Of a stretch of 64,000 bases of DNA, positions 45,393 to 54,839 are shown piece after piece. The notes under the pieces were generated by a model. The model did no database searches. It saw only the letters and a program-made list of their open reading frames with translations, and was not told the DNA's origin. Position numbers and translations under genes: made by a program. Each line of letters starts with the position of its first letter. Within the stretch, counting starts at the first letter, position 1. This stretch comes from a virus (Duplodnaviria; Caudoviricetes), in IMG/VR virus record IMGVR_UViG_3300028048_000080, positions 60,581-124,580 of that record, one strand, 5' to 3'.

Positions 45393-46471
45393 ATTACAAC
45401 GGTTGGATAGCAGAGTTCGGCGGGAAATCATCGGAGGGATTCTTCCGCCGAAACATCTACTGCTTGCATGATGAGAGTTATTTATCCAATAAATGGAGCT
45501 TTATCAAGGAATGCCAGAATACCGATGTTTACGAATGCGCTTACAAGTATGAAGATACCAATTACGGCACCTGTCGTATGATTGGCGAGCCATACTTAGA
45601 TTTCGATATTGATGACATAGAAGACGAGGCAAATTACCGCAGATTGGTAAGGGCCGTCAAATATGCCGTCAATTATATCGAAAATGCTATGGCCATACCG
45701 GCCGAACAGCTAAGGCTGTACTTCTCGGGAAAGAAAGGTTTTCACGTAATCATCCCGGGAGAAATAGTAGGCATCGAACCATCGGAAAAGCTTAACGAGG
45801 ATTTTAAGCATTTCGCGCTGGGCATGGCATTCCTGCAGTGCGGTCGCGACGTAGCGAAAACCGCTAAGACTTTATTGGATACGGGCATTTACGACAGAAA
45901 AAGGCTGTTCCGTATCGTAAACAGCATCAACTCTAAGTCCAATCTTCGTAAAGTACCTATCAGTATAGATCAGTTATACGATTTTTCTTACGAGGATATA
46001 AAGGAGTGGGCCAGCAAGTCTCATACAGTCCTGCCCAAAGCCAATAGTTTTAATATGAAGGCTAAGAGAGGCTACGAGACGATAATGGAAGTTGGCCGCG
46101 AATATATCATGCTGCGCGACGGCGTAGTCAAGAGGCATAGCAACAGGAGAATAAAGCTAAAAGAAGGAGAACTCTTAGAGCTTTTGCCCTGTACCAAGAA
46201 TTTATTGGAAACGGGCGCCATTAAAGGTTTCCGCAACCACGCTTTATTCGCCTTGGCGTCAAGCCTGGCGCAATCCGGTTATAAGCCGGACGATATTTAC
46301 CAGATGGCTGACGAATGGAACAGTCGTAATGAAGAACCGCTGGCAGAACGGGAAATACAGACTACGGTCAACTCAGCTATTAACAGCTATGAATCAGGTA
46401 TGACCGTCGGCTGCGGCAAGTATAAGGACTTGGGTTACTGCCAGGACAACTGCAAGTTATTGGAGGACTGA
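45389..46471 (+). CDS. Archaeo-eukaryotic primase (primase-polymerase) with PriCT-like domain
   Basis: YLDFD, FSGKKGFH, DTGIYD..RLFR; RNHALF...WN...PL.EREI..TVNSA; terminal Cys cluster. Confidence 0.9.
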   Translation: MNYNGWIAEFGGKSSEGFFRRNIYCLHDESYLSNKWSFIKECQNTDVYECAYKYEDTNYGTCRMIGEPYLDFDIDDIEDEANYRRLVRAVKYAVNYIENAMAIPAEQLRLYFSGKKGFHVIIPGEIVGIEPSEKLNEDFKHFALGMAFLQCGRDVAKTAKTLLDTGIYDRKRLFRIVNSINSKSNLRKVPISIDQLYDFSYEDIKEWASKSHTVLPKANSFNMKAKRGYETIMEVGREYIMLRDGVVKRHSNRRIKLKEGELLELLPCTKNLLETGAIKGFRNHALFALASSLAQSGYKPDDIYQMADEWNSRNEEPLAEREIQTTVNSAINSYESGMTVGCGKYKDLGYCQDNCKLLED

Positions 46472-46476
46472 TTGAT

Positions 46477-46662
46477 ATGTACGCGATTATTAAGGGAAAT
46501 CCTGACGACGAGAATTATAACGTAGTATGTGACCCGAGCACGGGTGACCCCATGCTTTTCGACGATATGCTCGACGCAGAAACCTTCGCCGAAGATTACG
46601 GCTTTACCGGCCCGGACGTACAGGTACTGGATATCGACCCCGATAAATTGAAGGAGGCGTAA
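46477..46662 (+). CDS. Small acidic protein
   Basis: GGAGG RBS. Confidence 0.65.
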   Translation: MYAIIKGNPDDENYNVVCDPSTGDPMLFDDMLDAETFAEDYGFTGPDVQVLDIDPDKLKEA

Positions 46663-46668
46663 TGGACA

Positions 46669-47049
46669 ATGCTGAATGCTATTGAAAAAGATAAAGAGTT
46701 TCAGGAAAAGCTGGAAGAACTCGATGCACTGATGAGCTACTTCCAGCAGAAGTTTAAGGATCTTAATAAAGAACAGCAGGAATGCGATAAGACCATTAAC
46801 GACCTGTATCATGATATCGAACTATCAGACCTTTCGGGTCCGGAACTCATGCGCGACGTGGTAATGCTGCGCGACACGCTTCGCCGTCGCCGCGTAACTA
46901 AAGAATGTGGCCCACTGGCCGCTGGTCTTCTTCCACGCCTGCAGTCTGTAAGAGACATCATCAAGAGGATTATGGGTATCACGTACCATTACAACCCGAG
47001 AATTCTTCAAGGGCTGGATTACGGCAAGAAAAAGAAGGAAGTGGCTTGA
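46669..47049 (+). CDS. Coiled-coil phage protein
   Basis: D...DLYHDIE...LRRRR..K pattern; RBS. Confidence 0.7.
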   Translation: MLNAIEKDKEFQEKLEELDALMSYFQQKFKDLNKEQQECDKTINDLYHDIELSDLSGPELMRDVVMLRDTLRRRRVTKECGPLAAGLLPRLQSVRDIIKRIMGITYHYNPRILQGLDYGKKKKEVA

Positions 47050-47319
47050 TTGTATCTGTGGACACAAAAGGCGGAAGATGATTTCCGCGCAAGACATCCT
47101 CATATCCGAGAAAAAGACGTTTGGCGGCGCGCGGGAGAACCTGCCACTTATGATGGCGCGCCGCTTAAGACGGGAGAAGTATCCCGCGCTTTTCAAATGC
47201 GCGGCTGGATAACTTCAGCCAAAGACAAGAAGAAAGAAAAGGCCAAGAAGAAAGAACAGCTCCTCTGGAGCCAATGGCAAAAACGTATCAACGAGAAACA
47301 GATTATACTGGAGGCTTAA
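47050..47319 (+). CDS. Hypothetical protein
   Basis: TTG start, within an operon. Confidence 0.6.
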   Translation: MYLWTQKAEDDFRARHPHIREKDVWRRAGEPATYDGAPLKTGEVSRAFQMRGWITSAKDKKKEKAKKKEQLLWSQWQKRINEKQIILEA

Positions 47320-47325
47320 TAATCA

Positions 47326-48027
47326 ATGTACACTAATTTTTTTGACGTAGGCGATAAAGTTTATCACAATAGCTATGGCAGCGGAAAAATCATAGAAATG
47401 GATGATACCGTTTCACCTCCGCGTTATGAAATTGTTTTTGACCGTTATCCGAATAAGAAAATTACTGTAGTCGGCCATAATGACCTGGTGCTTCCTATTG
47501 AACCAGAAATATTAGCCAAGAAACTTTTCAGCGGGCTTAATGAAGATTTGGTTCGCTCGCTGAACAAGAAGCTTAGCAGTGACAAAGCGACTAAAGAAGT
47601 TAAAGATAGCAAGGAGAAAAAAGATACGATGGCTATGAATGAACGGAAACTTTCTTTGGACAATAACGGTAACGTAGTAGGTGGCGCGGTATTCAGCGAT
47701 AGTATGCATACACATCCTGCCAGCAAGAAGTCTGAGCCGGAAAGTGTTGCCCGCCACCGTAAAATCGTGATGGGGCTTAACGAGCTCTATGCTAAAAAGA
47801 ACGCCGACTATGGCGACAGCTTCCATGAAACTTTTAAAGAGGAAGGTATGGCTATGGCCCGTATCCGTCTTAGCGATAAACTCAATCGCTTTAAGAGCCT
47901 TACTCGCGGCAAGAGTCAGCAGATTGCTGACGAAAGCATTCGCGATACCCTTCTCGATTTGGCTAACTACGCCGTCATGACGGTTATCGAAATGGATAGA
48001 GAAGCTGGCGCGAAGGCAGGTGCTTAA
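47326..48027 (+). CDS. Tudor/SH3-like domain fused to DUF1599 (nucleotide-modification-associated) domain
   Basis: FDVGDKVYHNSYGSGKI; KKNADYGDSF...RLSDKLNR...ESIRDTLLDLANYA. Confidence 0.8.
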   Translation: MYTNFFDVGDKVYHNSYGSGKIIEMDDTVSPPRYEIVFDRYPNKKITVVGHNDLVLPIEPEILAKKLFSGLNEDLVRSLNKKLSSDKATKEVKDSKEKKDTMAMNERKLSLDNNGNVVGGAVFSDSMHTHPASKKSEPESVARHRKIVMGLNELYAKKNADYGDSFHETFKEEGMAMARIRLSDKLNRFKSLTRGKSQQIADESIRDTLLDLANYAVMTVIEMDREAGAKAGA

Positions 48028-48029
48028 TA

Positions 48030-48371
48030 TTGGAACCAATTATTAGCCCATGGATTGTTTACGGTATCGACGTGATAAGCAAGCTATCCATAGTAGCCTT
48101 TCTCATGGTCATCGGATCTCTCATAGGCATGCTCGTATTCGCTATGAATGACTCAGCATACGGAAACGACGAGAAGGAAAATAAGGTTCTCAAGATATTG
48201 CTCATTGTTTTTATCGTGGCTGTAGTATTTTTAGTAATACTACCTACTAAGGATACCATGCTTACTATGCTGGCACTTTACTACGTAACGCCCGACAATA
48301 TTCAGGCGGTGCAAGGCAATATAGTAGACTTTGTAAGTCAAATTGCGAGTGCTGTTAAAGATGCGAAGTAA
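48030..48371 (+). CDS. Two-TM membrane protein, paralog 1
   Basis: Two hydrophobic helices; ends near-identical to the next gene. Confidence 0.8.
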   Translation: MEPIISPWIVYGIDVISKLSIVAFLMVIGSLIGMLVFAMNDSAYGNDEKENKVLKILLIVFIVAVVFLVILPTKDTMLTMLALYYVTPDNIQAVQGNIVDFVSQIASAVKDAK

Positions 48372-48409
48372 TGAGAACGAATGTGTAAAGCAGAAAGAGT
48401 GATAAAAAA

Positions 48410-48739
48410 ATGGAACCGATTATTAGCCCGTGGATTGTCTACGGAGTAACTGTATTAACTAAACTAGGAATCGCTATTCATGCGTTAGCAATTTTGTCTT
48501 TTATAGCATTATTATTTACAATTCCTGTACTGGACGTTAAGGATGCAGAAAAATGGCGGAAACGATTTGCTATAGGTGTGCTTGTATTTGGCCTTTTAGA
48601 CATTCTTATGCCGGACAAAGACACTATGTTGACTATGCTTGCCCTGCAGTATGTGACTCCTGATAACATTCAGGCTGTACAGAGCAATATCGTAGACTTT
48701 GTAGGCCAGATTGCAAATGCTGTTAAGGATGTGAAATAA
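48410..48739 (+). CDS. Two-TM membrane protein, paralog 2
   Basis: Shares MEPIISPWIVYG...KDTMLTMLAL.YVTPDNIQAVQ with paralog 1. Confidence 0.8.
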   Translation: MEPIISPWIVYGVTVLTKLGIAIHALAILSFIALLFTIPVLDVKDAEKWRKRFAIGVLVFGLLDILMPDKDTMLTMLALQYVTPDNIQAVQSNIVDFVGQIANAVKDVK

Positions 48740-48743
48740 GCAA

Positions 48744-49472
48744 ATGTTTAATCCTGGAGATATTATCGGCGGGCATACCATCTGTCTAAAAGCATTGGTG
48801 GGCAGCCACAATTACAACCTAAATACGTCAGAGTCTGATAAGGACTACAAGTATTTTGTATGGCCAACGTTCGATGACCTTTACGAAAACAAGATGTTTC
48901 ATAAAGAAGTCGTGACGGATATCGAGGACTACACTATCCACGATGTCCGCATGCTGCCCACACTTTTTTGGAAAGCCAACCTGAACTTCCTGGAAATCCT
49001 GTATTCTCAGGAACTGGAAGGCGATAAAGCACTGATTGATTATCTGATGGAACACAGGGAAGAGCTTTCTACCATGAATATGCATGGACTTTATGCGGCA
49101 GCCATGGGCATGTCGCATGAGAAAGAAAAGCTTATGACCAAGGATTCGCCGGCGCGTCATGAAGCCATCGAAAAATATGGCTATGACCCTAAAAGTGCTT
49201 GTCATGCATTAAGAGTCGTTGATTTTCTCATAAAATACCATGAGACACATGATATGGCGAAAACATTCTGGTATTCAGACGAACAGGAACGAGAGCGAAT
49301 GTTGAACGTCAAAAAGGGCGGCGACTTAATGCTTTCCGAAATCAGGATATTCCTGGGCGCCGCCCGTGAAAGAGCAAGATACCTCGAAGATTTTGACAAA
49401 CCACAAAACAAAGGCGCATATGAAGCCTTTCAGTATTGGCTGAAAGAAGCTGTGCGCACTAAATTGGACTGA
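48744..49472 (+). CDS. Pol-beta-superfamily nucleotidyltransferase (RlaP/YcgL-like)
   Basis: GSHNYNLNTSESDKD; KANLNFLEILYS; YDPKSACHALR. Confidence 0.85.
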   Translation: MFNPGDIIGGHTICLKALVGSHNYNLNTSESDKDYKYFVWPTFDDLYENKMFHKEVVTDIEDYTIHDVRMLPTLFWKANLNFLEILYSQELEGDKALIDYLMEHREELSTMNMHGLYAAAMGMSHEKEKLMTKDSPARHEAIEKYGYDPKSACHALRVVDFLIKYHETHDMAKTFWYSDEQERERMLNVKKGGDLMLSEIRIFLGAARERARYLEDFDKPQNKGAYEAFQYWLKEAVRTKLD

Positions 49473-49487
49473 TGGAGGCATTAAATT

Positions 49488-50597
49488 TTGAAGATTTTAG
49501 AGATTGATAACGAGACATATAGAGTATTCGGTGACAGCCTGGTTATTGAAGAAAAATTGAAGCCCGCCGTATATACGGTAGTTTTTGTTCCAATGCAGGG
49601 TTTCTTCCTGAAAAAGCATTCACCTCTCATCGTAGAGGAAAAGCTTTACGGCAAGCATGAGCAGAAAATCAACAAGCTCCTGAAGGCGTATGAGCATTTT
49701 GAACGTCCGATGGGCGTCATCTTCAGCGGCGACAAAGGCATCGGCAAGAGTATTGCCGCCCGCATGCTTTGTCAAAAATCCGTTGAAAAAGGTCTGCCGG
49801 TTATCCTGGTAGAGGAAAGTTTTGACGGACTGGCTCAGTTTCTGAATAGCATCGAGCAGGAGTGCGTAGTGCTCTTCGATGAGTTTGAAAAGAACTTCAA
49901 AAAGGTTTATGACCGCGATGGCGACGAAAAGGACAACGCCCAGGACTCTCTGCTGTCCCTGTTTGACGGTACGGGCAACAACGTCAAGCGCCTGTATCTC
50001 ATCACTTGTAATGATACGTATCAGCTCTCTGATTTCATGGTAAATCGTCCGGGGCGGTTCCATTATCATATCCGTTGGGAATACCCGACACAGAAAGAGA
50101 TAACGGAATATCTTAAGGATAAGGTAAAACCGGAGTACCATGACCAAATTGAAGAGGTTCTGAAATTCACGGCATATCAGGAACTTAATTACGACTGCCT
50201 TCGCGCTATTGCCTTTGAGCTGAATATGGGGCAAAAATTCATTGAGGCATTGGAAGATCTGAATATCAAAAATGATACCAATGAGCGTTATGACCTTACT
50301 GTTCAGTTTAGAAATGGCGAAGAAGCAACTTCGCATAATGACCGCATCGACTTGTTTAGCGATTGCAGGGAAATTTATATTGAAAACAGTATGGTTAGCG
50401 GATATCTTGAATTCAATCCGCGCAAAGCCAAAGTTTCTAGCGATGGCGTGTTCGAACTGGATCTAAAAACAACCAGATTACAACTGGATAGTTCCAGCAG
50501 AGAAAGAACCAAAGGCAAAGATATGAGCATCATTCGTGCATATCTTAAGAAAAACAAAGCAGAAGATACATACAGCTATAAGTTTACAACACTATAG
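49488..50597 (+). CDS. AAA+ ATPase
   Basis: GDKGIGKS, VVLFDEFEK, ITCN, NRPGRFHY. Confidence 0.9.
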   Translation: MKILEIDNETYRVFGDSLVIEEKLKPAVYTVVFVPMQGFFLKKHSPLIVEEKLYGKHEQKINKLLKAYEHFERPMGVIFSGDKGIGKSIAARMLCQKSVEKGLPVILVEESFDGLAQFLNSIEQECVVLFDEFEKNFKKVYDRDGDEKDNAQDSLLSLFDGTGNNVKRLYLITCNDTYQLSDFMVNRPGRFHYHIRWEYPTQKEITEYLKDKVKPEYHDQIEEVLKFTAYQELNYDCLRAIAFELNMGQKFIEALEDLNIKNDTNERYDLTVQFRNGEEATSHNDRIDLFSDCREIYIENSMVSGYLEFNPRKAKVSSDGVFELDLKTTRLQLDSSSRERTKGKDMSIIRAYLKKNKAEDTYSYKFTTL

Positions 50598-50727
50598 CTT
50601 AATAGGAAGGGCGGTTGAACATAATGTCCACGGTTGAGATTTCAGTATTTCTGACCCTGGGCATTTTGTTTCTCACTTTTATTTGCGCAGTGACTGGATT
50701 ACTGATGTACGGAAGGGAGAAATAAAA

Positions 50728-51240
50728 ATGCCTAAGTTTAGTGTTGGTGATAAAGTTTGCTTTATCGAAGATGAAAAGGAGCGTATTTATACGGTAGATT
50801 TTATTTTTAGCGATGGGAAAATCGAGCTTAAAGAATTTGGGATGACATCCTTTCCACCGGAGATGCTTAAGTTGGTAGAGAGGTGCCCATATCAGTTGGG
50901 CGATCAAGTAAAACTAACAGCAATTTACTGGCTCGAAGAGAAAAAATGTTTTGAAACATGTGAAGTTGTAGGCAAAGTAGACAACAATGGCTGCATTGAA
51001 TTCGACGAGCGTGTTCATGACCATTATGGCGTATCGGTAAATCGCTTGAACACCGTACGTACTGCCGATATGGCAGGCGTAGATTATGATTGTGCTTTCT
51101 GCGAACCTGACGAAGATAACATCCGTAAAGTAAAACTGGAGTATCTTCGCATGATGACTAATAAAGTGGAAAGTCTTAAGGAAGACTATGACGCTGCCAA
51201 TAGTCAGCTAATGGCTATGCGCCAGCAGATTGGAGGGTAA
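50728..51240 (+). CDS. Hypothetical protein with SH3/KOW-like N-terminus
   Basis: KFSVGDKV; RBS before ATG 50728. Confidence 0.65.
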   Translation: MPKFSVGDKVCFIEDEKERIYTVDFIFSDGKIELKEFGMTSFPPEMLKLVERCPYQLGDQVKLTAIYWLEEKKCFETCEVVGKVDNNGCIEFDERVHDHYGVSVNRLNTVRTADMAGVDYDCAFCEPDEDNIRKVKLEYLRMMTNKVESLKEDYDAANSQLMAMRQQIGG

Positions 51241-51243
51241 GAT

Positions 51244-52510
51244 ATGCCACCGGAAGACTGTAAAGAGAACTGGCAAGATATACCCATGAAAGTATATCTT
51301 GGCAATAAGGAAATAGGAGTAACTACGAGCGATGTCACTATGACAATCAGCATGGGATATCCTACTAAGGGAAAACGACATCGTATGATAACGCGCGCCG
51401 CAAAACTGCTATGGCGCCATATGCGCAATTTAAGCGGTAAAGGCACTCTTGTGTTGAAAGAGGGACACTGATGAATAAGAATGAATTTGTATGGCTCGGC
51501 GGCTGTGTGTATGTACCATACAACGATATCACTTTGCTTACCGTTTATGGCGACAGTCAGACCAAGAAACTGGTAAATAAGGCCAAAGCCGAAGATAAAT
51601 TTTATGATTATTCCCATGGTCGTGGCAAAGAAACTGTTGCCCTGCTTAAAAGCGGAATAGTTATCGCGACCGATACGGATATAGTTAACGTATTGAATAC
51701 GTTTAGAGGGGGAAGCGACAATGAGGTACGTTATAGCTTATGAAGGCAAAGGCGTCAGAGCTATCGAAGTTGTCGAAGCGGATAACGAAGATGAAGCGAA
51801 AGAAAAATGTATCGCCGCCAATAAAGAGCTGAATATCACCATCACTAGCGTAACAGCGGAGGGATAACCCATGTTTAACGAAGAATTGCTTCATGAATTG
51901 GATGTCCGCGCCAAAGCACATATGAAATACTATCGTGATGATTGGCTTAGACATGACCGCCCGCGAGTTGCTTTAAGCAATCCGCACGATAAGTTTATTG
52001 TAGGTTTTCACAAAACAGGCAGCGCAATTTTATTTATCAGCGGACGATACAAACAATATACCAACTGGGATTATTTCCGGGCAAGTTTTTTGTGCAACGA
52101 CAAAATATGGTACTGCCTTTATGATGGCGCCAGAATTCAACCGATAAACGACACAGTAGTTGAACGGACAATAAAACAAGTTCGAGAATCATTTCCTGAA
52201 GAGTATGTAGAAGATTGTGACCGTCGCTTGAAAGAGAGATGGAAAAACTTTTCAGAAGAACCTCGCGAATTAACCGAAAACGAATGGAAAAACCTTCAAT
52301 TAAAAGAAAGGGGCCTTTAAGATGAAAAAGTACAATGTATATTACAAAATTAAGGGTGTAGAAGAAGGTGTAACCTGCATTGAAGCTGACAGCGATATCG
52401 AAGCGGAGAATATCCTCTTCGATGAATACTGCCGGGAATATCCTTATGAAGACATAGAGATTCAGCAGGTTACACGAGCATATAACCATCGCAACGAGGA
52501 TGATGACTAA
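51244..52510 (+). other. Run of small hypothetical CDSs: 51244-51471, 51471-51743, 51721-51867, 51871-52320, 52322-52510
   Basis: Abutting or overlapping ORFs with RBSs; no recognisable family. Confidence 0.65.
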
Positions 52511-53229
52511 TGCTAACTAAAGATGATTTAACCATCATGGTCTTTGCGTACAGATATGCTGTGGGACGTATGACCTACGCTCCCAGCCTTGTCTGTGATT
52601 ATATCGCAAGCAAAATTCCAGAAATGACTGACCAACAGGTAGAAGAAGTCTTAGACGAAGTTAAGAAAACGCTGCAGTATGGCGACTATGCCGACGATAT
52701 CGCGCTTAACGAAGTTAGTAAGCTTTTATGCCGATTACGTCACGGCAATATCCATGTTGATAATTGGTTTTACGACGTTGCGGGTAGCGAACAGATATGG
52801 GCGCGTGTTGTCCACAATAATCGTTATTGCTACTGGGGCTGCAAAACAAAAGATGTTTTTCCTAATAGCCAGGATTTTTACGATGGTTGTGAACAGGGGA
52901 GTAAATTGTTGCTGGACAAAATCCTTCGTGATGGTTTTGACCCGGCCAAGCTTCCGCACATTGAGGACGCTTCGCCGGCTATGCAGTATCTTTGGTACAA
53001 CATTACAGACAGCAATAACTGCATGTGGTTTGTCGACAATGATGAATTCGAGTTTAGCAGCTATTATGAAGACCTGAAACTTACCAAAGAAGAATTTCAG
53101 AAACAGGTTGATGCTGATATTAAGAAGTATCATCTGAAAGATGTCATTACAAAATATGAGGATGCAACAGCAATGTACACCTGTTATGGTGACTTGCAGA
53201 GTAAATTCTCGGGGAGTGACACCATATGA
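52510..53229 (+). CDS. Hypothetical protein (239 aa)
   Basis: AYRYAVGRMTYAP N-terminal motif; within an operon. Confidence 0.7.
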   Translation: MLTKDDLTIMVFAYRYAVGRMTYAPSLVCDYIASKIPEMTDQQVEEVLDEVKKTLQYGDYADDIALNEVSKLLCRLRHGNIHVDNWFYDVAGSEQIWARVVHNNRYCYWGCKTKDVFPNSQDFYDGCEQGSKLLLDKILRDGFDPAKLPHIEDASPAMQYLWYNITDSNNCMWFVDNDEFEFSSYYEDLKLTKEEFQKQVDADIKKYHLKDVITKYEDATAMYTCYGDLQSKFSGSDTI

Positions 53230-53438
53230 ATAAATTCGACAGACAGGTTATGGTGAACGCTTTAGGCGCTATCCAGAATATCTGCGAGAAAAATTATGAA
53301 AAGAAAAATGGCTGTGTCAATTGCCCCGCCAACGGGAGAGGAAAACTCTGTCATTCAGGTTCAATCTCCTGTTGCGCACCGCATGGTTGGTACGGCTTCA
53401 ATGAAGCAGAAGAACTGAAAAAAATAAAAAGGAAGTGA
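53226..53438 (+). CDS. Small Cys-rich protein
   Basis: C....CxxCP...C...P..W pattern. Confidence 0.65.
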   Translation: MNKFDRQVMVNALGAIQNICEKNYEKKNGCVNCPANGRGKLCHSGSISCCAPHGWYGFNEAEELKKIKRK

Positions 53439-53443
53439 AATAG

Positions 53444-53956
53444 ATGGCAGAGACTGCTGTCTCATTGAGACTAGAAGACTGGAGTCAACTATTGGTCAAG
53501 CTTAAAAACGCTGTTGGTTTAGAAAAAGCCGATAGCTTTATCAAAGAAGCTGATATTGTACTGACTCCCAAGAAACATCCCAAGATGATTACGCTTCGGT
53601 GGATTGATTTTGACCTAAGCATGCCAGATACAGAAGCGCAGGATAGCTTCAGAATGTTCTTGGAGTCTTATAAACATAATGCCATCAGCATACCGGATTA
53701 TGTTGAAGGCATTACGGAAAACTACGATTACCGTGACGAGGTGGACGATTTTAACTGGCAATGGCCGATGATCGTACTGCCGACAAAAGAAGCTTATATG
53801 CGTGAGCTTGAGCGTATCCTGCCTAAAGTCATCAAGCTGGCAATGGATGCGGGCATTACTAAAGAACAGCTACTTCCGGTATTTGAAAATGCTTTGGATT
53901 GGCGTAAAAACAAAGAAGAAGTGCTTGATGCATACATTGAAAAAAGTAAACATTAA
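53444..53956 (+). CDS. Hypothetical protein
   Basis: RBS; within an operon. Confidence 0.7.
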   Translation: MAETAVSLRLEDWSQLLVKLKNAVGLEKADSFIKEADIVLTPKKHPKMITLRWIDFDLSMPDTEAQDSFRMFLESYKHNAISIPDYVEGITENYDYRDEVDDFNWQWPMIVLPTKEAYMRELERILPKVIKLAMDAGITKEQLLPVFENALDWRKNKEEVLDAYIEKSKH

Positions 53957-53985
53957 ACAGGACTATTGAAGGAGGAATTTACATT

Positions 53986-54744
53986 ATGGCAAATGAATTG
54001 ACTGTGGTAAACGAACAGGAACGTGGTATTTTGTTGGCTGTAGTGGGCGGCAGACTGGCTCAGGAAATTGAATTTACCCAGCTGGATAACGCAATCGAGA
54101 AGATTGCAGCACATACTCACGATATGAGTGACAATGAACGTGAGGGCGCATCCAATCTTATCGATAAATTCGAAGAACGTGTGGTTGTCGCTATCAATAA
54201 CAAAACTGAAGCACTGAATGGCTTTGCGTCCGCTCTGAAGATGACACCGAATGTTTCCTATGATACCTTGACTTACCGACTGAAAGAGTATGGTCAGCAG
54301 ATTCATGCGGTACTCGTCAGTCAGGGCGTAACGGAACTCGATAAAGAACTTACAAAGATTGAAGAGACCATCGAAAAAATCAAGGAATACAAAGAAGAAA
54401 ACGAACCGGAAGCACCGTTCGCCGATATCGAGGTCATGTCTCCGATTGAGGTAGCAGAACTGAAAATGGAACATGAAATGGCAATGGCTAAGTTCAAAAA
54501 TGAAGTGCATAAAAAAGAATATGTCGCACGTCGTATGTTCCACGATTTTCAGGTAGCAGCGCGTAAAGACAAGAAGATTAAGCGATTCATCAAGATTCTG
54601 AACGAACAGGCTAAGGCTGCCGATCAGGCAAGAGCAATTGTGGCTGAAAAGGCTGAGGCCGCCAAGATGGCAATTCTTATCGGCGATGCAGATATTCGTG
54701 AAGCTTTAAAAGAGTTTCACGACTTCGCTACGACAGCACTGTAA
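53986..54744 (+). CDS. Helical/coiled-coil protein (252 aa)
   Basis: Strong AAGGAGG RBS; high-expression codon bias. Confidence 0.8.
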   Translation: MANELTVVNEQERGILLAVVGGRLAQEIEFTQLDNAIEKIAAHTHDMSDNEREGASNLIDKFEERVVVAINNKTEALNGFASALKMTPNVSYDTLTYRLKEYGQQIHAVLVSQGVTELDKELTKIEETIEKIKEYKEENEPEAPFADIEVMSPIEVAELKMEHEMAMAKFKNEVHKKEYVARRMFHDFQVAARKDKKIKRFIKILNEQAKAADQARAIVAEKAEAAKMAILIGDADIREALKEFHDFATTAL

Positions 54745-54762
54745 GAGATAAATAGGGCCAAG

Positions 54763-54796
54763 AATACTCAAACGGTATAAAAACCGTTTGAGTATT
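54763..54796. repeat. Perfect 14-bp inverted repeat (terminator or operator)
   Basis: aatactcaaacggt-6nt-accgtttgagtatt. Confidence 0.75.
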
Positions 54797-54839
54797 GCTA
54801 CGTTTTATTTATCGAAAACATACAAGGGGGAAATGAAAA

